Origin: Elusimicrobiota bacterium
GTDB taxonomy: Bacteria; Elusimicrobiota; Elusimicrobia; JACQPE01
Direction of reading: 5' to 3'
NCBI GenBank assembly: GCA_042563375.1
Contig: JBHPMF010000007.1
Location: forward strand, 218 to 64,217
Length of the DNA: 64,000 bases
Part shown: one piece after another, positions 60,101 through 64,000 of the stretch
Numbering within the stretch: the stretch's first letter is position 1
Layout of the letters: each line of letters opens with the position of its first letter
Translations under genes and position numbers: made by a program
Notes under the pieces: model-generated
Database searches by the model: none
The model's input: only the letters and a program-made list of their open reading frames with translations
What the model was told of the DNA's origin: nothing

Positions 60101-63100
60101 TTGCCGACCTGCGCAAACTCACTGATGTCATATGTAAGATACAGGATAACGCTTTCATCAAGCTCAGCATCCATATGATAAGTGCCTACCACAAGCTCAG
60201 GCGTGAATGTGAGCTCTGATTCCCTTTCAGAAAAGAAGAAACTCCCGGGAGTCACAAGATACGGATACTTGCCGTCAGCGGTCTGCGTGGTATCTTCGAC
60301 CCCGAATGTCTTGTTCCCGTCGTCCCTCCATATCTTTATGACAGGCACGTCAGAATCAACGCCTGTGCCGGTGAGCTTGATCTTGAGCGATTTGAGTATC
60401 ACTGTGTTGGCTTGCGCTCTTAATGGAAGCTGGGCAAGGATCACATTGTCTGTCATCTGCTTGGCAATGCTGGGAGCAGCATCCTTGAATCCAGCGAGGA
60501 GGTCGTCCGTGGTAGCCACGATAGGCATAACAGGGCCTTCCGGAATTATCTGCACGTCATCAGCGTCCACGAATGTCTCTCTGTGATCCCCGTCAAACAA
60601 CATGTCATCGAGTTTTATGCCGAACACCTCATTGAGTATCGTATTGTCAGGATGACAGAATTCAGCGGCAGGATCGATGTCTATGGCCACAAAATACGTG
60701 GCCTCCTTTGTTGTGATCAGACTGAAAGGATTGCCATCCTCATCAGAGATCGAGATCGTGGTGAATCCTGGATTATCCCCCACTCCGAATTGCGCCTGTC
60801 CGATCAATATGTCCGTGAACGGAGCGACAGAACCGCTGACAGTCCTGTTAAGCACTCCATCCCCGTCATCCTGATAAAGTTTTATCGTCTTTATATCAGC
60901 ATCATCGCCATTGAGTCTCGCGGGTTTTGTGCGCACGATCCTGAGCTGTTCCCAAGGCACTTTGTACCCGGAAGACTTGATCTTAAGCCTCATTACATTG
61001 AGGTTTGTCTGACCCTGGGTGATCGGCACGCCAAGGAGATCACCAGCGGAATGCGCCATGGCATTGCTTCCAAGCTGGCCTCTGCTCACGTTAAGCAGGG
61101 TATCAACGTTCCTGGCAGTGTAAAGGAGGATCTCCTCCCCGATCATCACATAACAATCCGAGGGAGCGCTCGCACAATCCTCTGTGTTTGGCAGGTCAAT
61201 GGCTGAATTGAGCGCTATCGAATCAGTGGTCGAACTCCTTGCCAATGTCAGATACATCGCAGGCTTGTTTATCGTGCTGAATGATATCGCGTACATGGGC
61301 TCTGTCAGAACAGCGATGTCTCTGGGGCTCGCCTTAATGTTATGGATACCCGTAATAAACGGCAATGTAGCTGACGAGACAACGTTTGGTTCTGATATCC
61401 AGTCATCAACAGCATCATCAACATCATTGGCGTATTGCGGGAAACTTTCCTCTCTTAAGATCGCTCCGATGGTTCTTGCCTGCTTTGTCGCAGGATCGAG
61501 CGTCTCAGCATCATCCTTTATGTCATAGGTCAAAAAGAATATCCTGGGCCCTGTCACGATCGCCTGATATTTATCAGCATCGAACTTCACAGGAGCCTGC
61601 AAAGGCTGGCCTCCTGTGCCGAAATAACCGGCTCCAACAGCCATGTCATTGGAATCCAGTTCTCCTGTATTACCCGCTGTTGTTGAATCAGCCCATACCG
61701 TGACCTGCGTGACTTCATCAGCCACGTTCCCATCGTTAGCCGCGGTTCCTGTGGCATATACGACCAAGCCTCTCCACACGATATCAGCATGGCTCGCTGA
61801 TATTTGAAGGGTCGCCATGACCTGGTTCGTGGCTCCCTGCACAAGTCCCAGAGTCGGTGTCGTGTCTGTTCCTATCACTATCATGTCATCAGCGTATTCC
61901 TTTATCTGCTGGATATATGATGTCCTTCTCACGTCATCGGGGCTAAGCCAGTCAGGGCTGATGAATTTGAAATAATCCGTTGTCCTTACTTCCATTCCGA
62001 GCCTTGCCTCGGAATATACATTAGCGAGATAATCCACGTCATAAGTAACAAAGTAATTCTTATCGGAAGTGTCGAGCTCTTCTCCTCCCAAACCGCTTTG
62101 CATGCCTTCTATCTTTATCCTTGCCTGCCCGCTGAGCCCTGCTAACCGCGGCCAATCCAGAGCTGTTGTATTCTCGACTCCGCGAGCCACTCCCGTGAAC
62201 GCCTTATTGTCGAAATCAACGCTCGCATAATAAATGATCTCTTTGAGGCTCGGGTCAGCCTGATCATCACCGAGCACAAGCCTTCCGGGTTCTGTGCTTA
62301 CGAATATGTCGTCATCAGGGAAGAATGCCCCGATATTATTGACATATATCACTGTTTCCGTGGAAGTATGCGCCCTGGACAGACTGTCAAGCGGAAACCG
62401 GTATGTATTATTGGCGTTTATTATCAGCTGATCCGCGCTCTTGTCAAAGAGGTCATCATCATCAACGTCATAATAGATCTTAATGCCTAAGACATCCTGG
62501 GCCTTGTTGTACTTGGCTCCCCCTTGATCGACAGGGCTCCAGCGGTCGAGTTTTAATCCCTGCCATATCGCTGTTCTCTGCTGAGTGCCCATTGTGAATT
62601 TAGCCACTACGATATCCAGTGAACCCTGGACAGTCGAGGCAGCAACAGAGAAATAAGCAGGGGGCTTAAGCCTGTTGAGATCCCTGATCCTTACCTCATC
62701 GACCGTTGCCACAACAGTCAGCTCATCTGACTGGAACAGATCATGGCTTCTTACTTTACCCTCTGATGCTGATATCTTCGTGTCAGCGACTGATACTCCG
62801 TGTGTGAGCCCGATCTGCGCTGAATTATTGAATTCATAAACAATAAAGAAGTATCTGGTAGATGTTTCAATAAGACCATTATTGACCTTATCAGTGATAT
62901 CAAGCACAGCAGACCCGTCAGTGAATACCGCGGGAGTGTCAGAATCCGTGATCTCCCTGTCAATATTAGGCTCAAAGAGCCTGCTGCCGGCATGCACAGC
63001 TTCAGGGCCGCCGCCTGATTCTTGATCAAGGAAAAGTCTTACGCTTTTTATATGCAGGTCACTGCCGCTTCCGGTTTTGGCGACTTCGATCTGCCCGAGC

Positions 63101-63999
63101 ACAGCTGTGAGCTCTTGAGTCCACATGGCAAGCCTTATCATGCCCACCCTGGCTTGGCCCTGAGGAACAGTCGAGTGTTTTATTCCGTAAGAATCCCCGG
63201 CGCCTTTGAACCAGCCTCCGATATTCTCCGTCGAAGATGATGCATCATACTTCACATATATCTCAGCCGGGGCTCTCTCAACAGGGCTTGTAGCTGTCTT
63301 AATCGAGAAATAATTCTCAGCAACATCAACATTGCTGTCTCCTGTCATCTTGATGTTTGACGGGCTGGTAAGCTGGAAACCAAGAGATCTCGGAGTCTTA
63401 GCCGTGGATGATATCCTCACTGTCAGGAAATATCGTTTCTCAGCGTCTGAGAGCATGGTCCTGGCAGGATCGATCGTTTCAAGGGATGTGAACACCCATG
63501 CGTTCTCGGCAACAGACCAGACGCCTGTGGCTATCTTCACATCCTCGGGAGTGCCGCCAAGAGAACTCTCCGCTGTGAATGTGCCGTCATCGTTCTCATC
63601 AAAATGCAATGCCACTTCAACCACATCCCCGGCATCAAGGGACCCGAGTTTCTCGACTTTCAGTTCTGAAAGCCGGCCTGAAAGTCCGATATTGGCGGGT
63701 TTTGCCACCATGGCCAAACGCAGCATGGGTATTGAATACGGAGTCTCGTTGGTCAATCCGTCGCCCTGGAACAACCTTGTCCTCCCCTGATACACGCTGG
63801 CCACGTAAACCTGATTCTGCTTCACCTCATTAACAGTGGAATCATCCGGGTTCTCAGGCTCAGGAGACCAATCCTGCGGCACCACAACAAGGCCTGCCAC
63901 AACAATGTCCCCGTCCGAACCGGATTTTAAGGGAACAGGGAAGGGCCTGTTAGCGTCATCAGTAAAACCATATATGCAATTTCCATCTGCTCTTGGGAG
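54175..63999 (-). CDS. Giant (>3270 aa) repetitive Ca-binding surface protein with FN3 domains and FlgD-Ig/T9SS-like C-terminal domain; 5' end outside window
   Basis: Frame open to window edge; repeated V.LY.D.N.NG..D..D Ig-like units, DxDGDG clusters, FN3 (Y.YRVR..N.AG..S.WS), C-terminal SNYPNP...I.VYDLLG.KV..W...KW.G....G.KV.KGGYI. Confidence 0.85.
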   Translation of the reverse strand, partial: LPRADGNCIYGFTDDANRPFPVPLKSGSDGDIVVAGLVVVPQDWSPEPENPDDSTVNEVKQNQVYVASVYQGRTRLFQGDGLTNETPYSIPMLRLAMVAKPANIGLSGRLSELKVEKLGSLDAGDVVEVALHFDENDDGTFTAESSLGGTPEDVKIATGVWSVAENAWVFTSLETIDPARTMLSDAEKRYFLTVRISSTAKTPRSLGFQLTSPSNIKMTGDSNVDVAENYFSIKTATSPVERAPAEIYVKYDASSSTENIGGWFKGAGDSYGIKHSTVPQGQARVGMIRLAMWTQELTAVLGQIEVAKTGSGSDLHIKSVRLFLDQESGGGPEAVHAGSRLFEPNIDREITDSDTPAVFTDGSAVLDITDKVNNGLIETSTRYFFIVYEFNNSAQIGLTHGVSVADTKISASEGKVRSHDLFQSDELTVVATVDEVRIRDLNRLKPPAYFSVAASTVQGSLDIVVAKFTMGTQQRTAIWQGLKLDRWSPVDQGGAKYNKAQDVLGIKIYYDVDDDDLFDKSADQLIINANNTYRFPLDSLSRAHTSTETVIYVNNIGAFFPDDDIFVSTEPGRLVLGDDQADPSLKEIIYYASVDFDNKAFTGVARGVENTTALDWPRLAGLSGQARIKIEGMQSGLGGEELDTSDKNYFVTYDVDYLANVYSEARLGMEVRTTDYFKFISPDWLSPDDVRRTSYIQQIKEYADDMIVIGTDTTPTLGLVQGATNQVMATLQISASHADIVWRGLVVYATGTAANDGNVADEVTQVTVWADSTTAGNTGELDSNDMAVGAGYFGTGGQPLQAPVKFDADKYQAIVTGPRIFFLTYDIKDDAETLDPATKQARTIGAILREESFPQYANDVDDAVDDWISEPNVVSSATLPFITGIHNIKASPRDIAVLTEPMYAISFSTINKPAMYLTLARSSTTDSIALNSAIDLPNTEDCASAPSDCYVMIGEEILLYTARNVDTLLNVSRGQLGSNAMAHSAGDLLGVPITQGQTNLNVMRLKIKSSGYKVPWEQLRIVRTKPARLNGDDADIKTIKLYQDDGDGVLNRTVSGSVAPFTDILIGQAQFGVGDNPGFTTISISDEDGNPFSLITTKEATYFVAIDIDPAAEFCHPDNTILNEVFGIKLDDMLFDGDHRETFVDADDVQIIPEGPVMPIVATTDDLLAGFKDAAPSIAKQMTDNVILAQLPLRAQANTVILKSLKIKLTGTGVDSDVPVIKIWRDDGNKTFGVEDTTQTADGKYPYLVTPGSFFFSERESELTFTPELVVGTYHMDAELDESVILYLTYDISEFAQVGKTVGVEITSATSFVQRIPDNVIMDAEFYPNINFPFITNTVEVIETESQVSMGVYDAAYELVLQGGVSQAQAGATFLRFNLKTDVANAIWESLLIERTGASADALFSYARNTDVRFVKLYKDVNASDTLDSSDELISSTNTTTMVAIATATGYDNTITCTGGAAADYCAGFDLVPTSTESWPMRGYVFVNDVELMKFDNRTETRIANQCSDDGLYQGMGTLCITSRGELLGDANTPIIAHSSGTDIVKVDVFNQADGNDRTRQIELPKSQILSPVAQTFFIAYDIGEGADIKDTIGVKVAGVDSVGIPSPNNTSATLFENVSRAFPEGTSTDEFPFETAMVLIRPITLSISGFSVSPAGAKPNTDNIPFLQMEIWVDTNYTDVGAFVLDQIGTVDGPATTAQVGQGDVKSVAIYLDSDDNGTFTPDGDTEIGRQTHIGYTRPDQQTETSSDFSNGQALVLLNVDSRPRLRITPEKQTIFVVADISDADVDGNSTIGHSAGFNLRSFNDIKTPQNTGMVKAVPSDISTESPPIQSAAAAITSDIIPATRLIPKIVYSTAAGTSYAYPMFAQLDQNGDVIRNANGVALGDATSVTTVNGEPLIDLDDDGIYDNMDINEDGRKAEIDIDGDGIPEMDIDGDGVLDIDFNDDEIPDTVDVIGGQPRVFLQTLQGSRIPLPDYSFAKTSWGKDQTALYAYWVRVSTNTSLNQYQVAVGRSFSAPTGLRNWEPSSPPTLNSKTLKNLTLAPSIATRLTSNIDTSDTTIRVESTDGFLDDDVVLYVGSEILMARKSGSDTFLISSDVQNICEGRLCRGVLGSAPQNHLSGEVMTNAAYLFSVRGMLNTSEYVPSASGRPFLMYRIDSSPPSVPGQPQSQITDASAQSGSFNITWEASVDAQSRVYLYELQEQIDNDGVWDTIAVIPARKLGGAINNFKIVGNPDEPGESSREPGHYYAYRARAFNKAGMVTAWSDESDPACLGDCADIPNTMQMGVYDMALGKVVYQAEQDFEAMRFNMRVDLSNAKWQTITVERFGASGAADPSKPFGSNRDVKFVKVYRDVNGNDELDSFDNLISGIETISVVEMSTSAALPFDLVVQSTSGWPTSGNIWVGEKELMMYSSFSVVGANGALQVIARAQRLGDNLTPVTRHPIGVKVEKVDIFNQADEGDLYTAIELTLPQLITRTIQTYFLTYDIHEEATVGNLIGLKISSAGAVGVARPHKVDSRIYVDVSRTQPDGSGTQNFPYSTSLASIGSIVLSVKGTNLAPAGVKPGMTEIAFTQLTLSVSKNYLDIGTIRVDQTGTVDSPQIGTEGQGDIEKLSVYVDADGNQTFTPDGDTNIGSVIHDGYAGGSSDFTGGVALVPLDHNSTGRLRVEATPVIIFIVGDISPNDTEGCPTMGIQADPSGPAGCSFLGHQVGLRINSISDILSPGAAQAVSVGEDPVYHLPVASNLSLITPEVIKAVNLIPAICYANDKYPAFAVKDSSGNIVRDSKGLVVPDLDNRISSSGEPLIDIDGDGDADNYDFNGDGRKDEVDIDGDNIPETDLDGDGVLDVDYNDDGIGDMVQSVGGGVPQVFLRNLEGSYIPVPDQGFAKSAWSNVTTEMYGAWGKVPNIRAYYVALGKDFLSTEGLAQWQQAGMNASKNLTGLALAVPKTTRLYADISPDDTAFYVEDGSVFPEQKMRFYIGSEIIQAQKVTGTSQFAIVTRGAVGSIAQHHLKGEVVSDDAVLYSVRAESDQGGAIIPNLLGRPLFMYRVDPSPPSVPGMPAVATGGTISGNSFQIDWNASSDDESRVLLYEIQEREDSNPVWKTIALIPARRPGGAVNNSFIVGDPNYPGENPRPSGRYYSYRVRSFNTAGAPSTWSVDSKPTASSEPPEVINKVSNYPNPVDTRKGGHTTIAYTLAQDSSVKITVYDLLGYKVREWSCSPGDPNGCRAGPNFMKWFGNTSGGRKVGKGGYIVRIEVNSPKGSQTITRKVGIIH

Positions 64000-64000
64000 A

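Noticed and set aside
54175-63999. Prophage or contractile-injection locus suggested by phage-like modules
   Set aside because: There are no capsid, terminase, sheath or integrase genes. The modules lie within one secreted protein with a host-type CTD.

Overview
A 64-kb chromosomal segment from a diderm, probably anaerobic bacterium. It looks Elusimicrobiota-like from gene style, but that is inference only. Gene content: a 5'-truncated REP-associated tyrosine transposase; a korC-korB-korA-korD-hdrA/mvhD-hdrD-etfA-etfB energy operon; nadE; a degenerate M20 peptidase; a GldA/F/G-type ABC transporter; folD; an SPFH protein; a PorV-like barrel next to a CTD-bearing surface protein; gcvH/PA/PB; pduO; an amidase; and the minus-strand cluster rimP-nusA-infB-rbfA-nrnA-truB-ribF-rpsO-pnp-accB-ftsK-lolA-rodZ-pgsA-pgpA. 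It ends with tRNA-Lys(UUU), a two-component pair and the 3' part of a >3270-aa repetitive surface protein. The most striking signal is non-genic. Many gene junctions, and several essential genes in-frame (truB, ribF, folD, signal peptides), carry small palindromic elements of many families: 7/8-nt periodic inverted repeats, a 27-33-nt GCGAAGC micro-element flanked by a duplicated CA, GTAG-REPs, RPE-like hairpins and a MITE. They often nest inside one another. All calls were made by eye from motifs; no database searches or folding programs were run.
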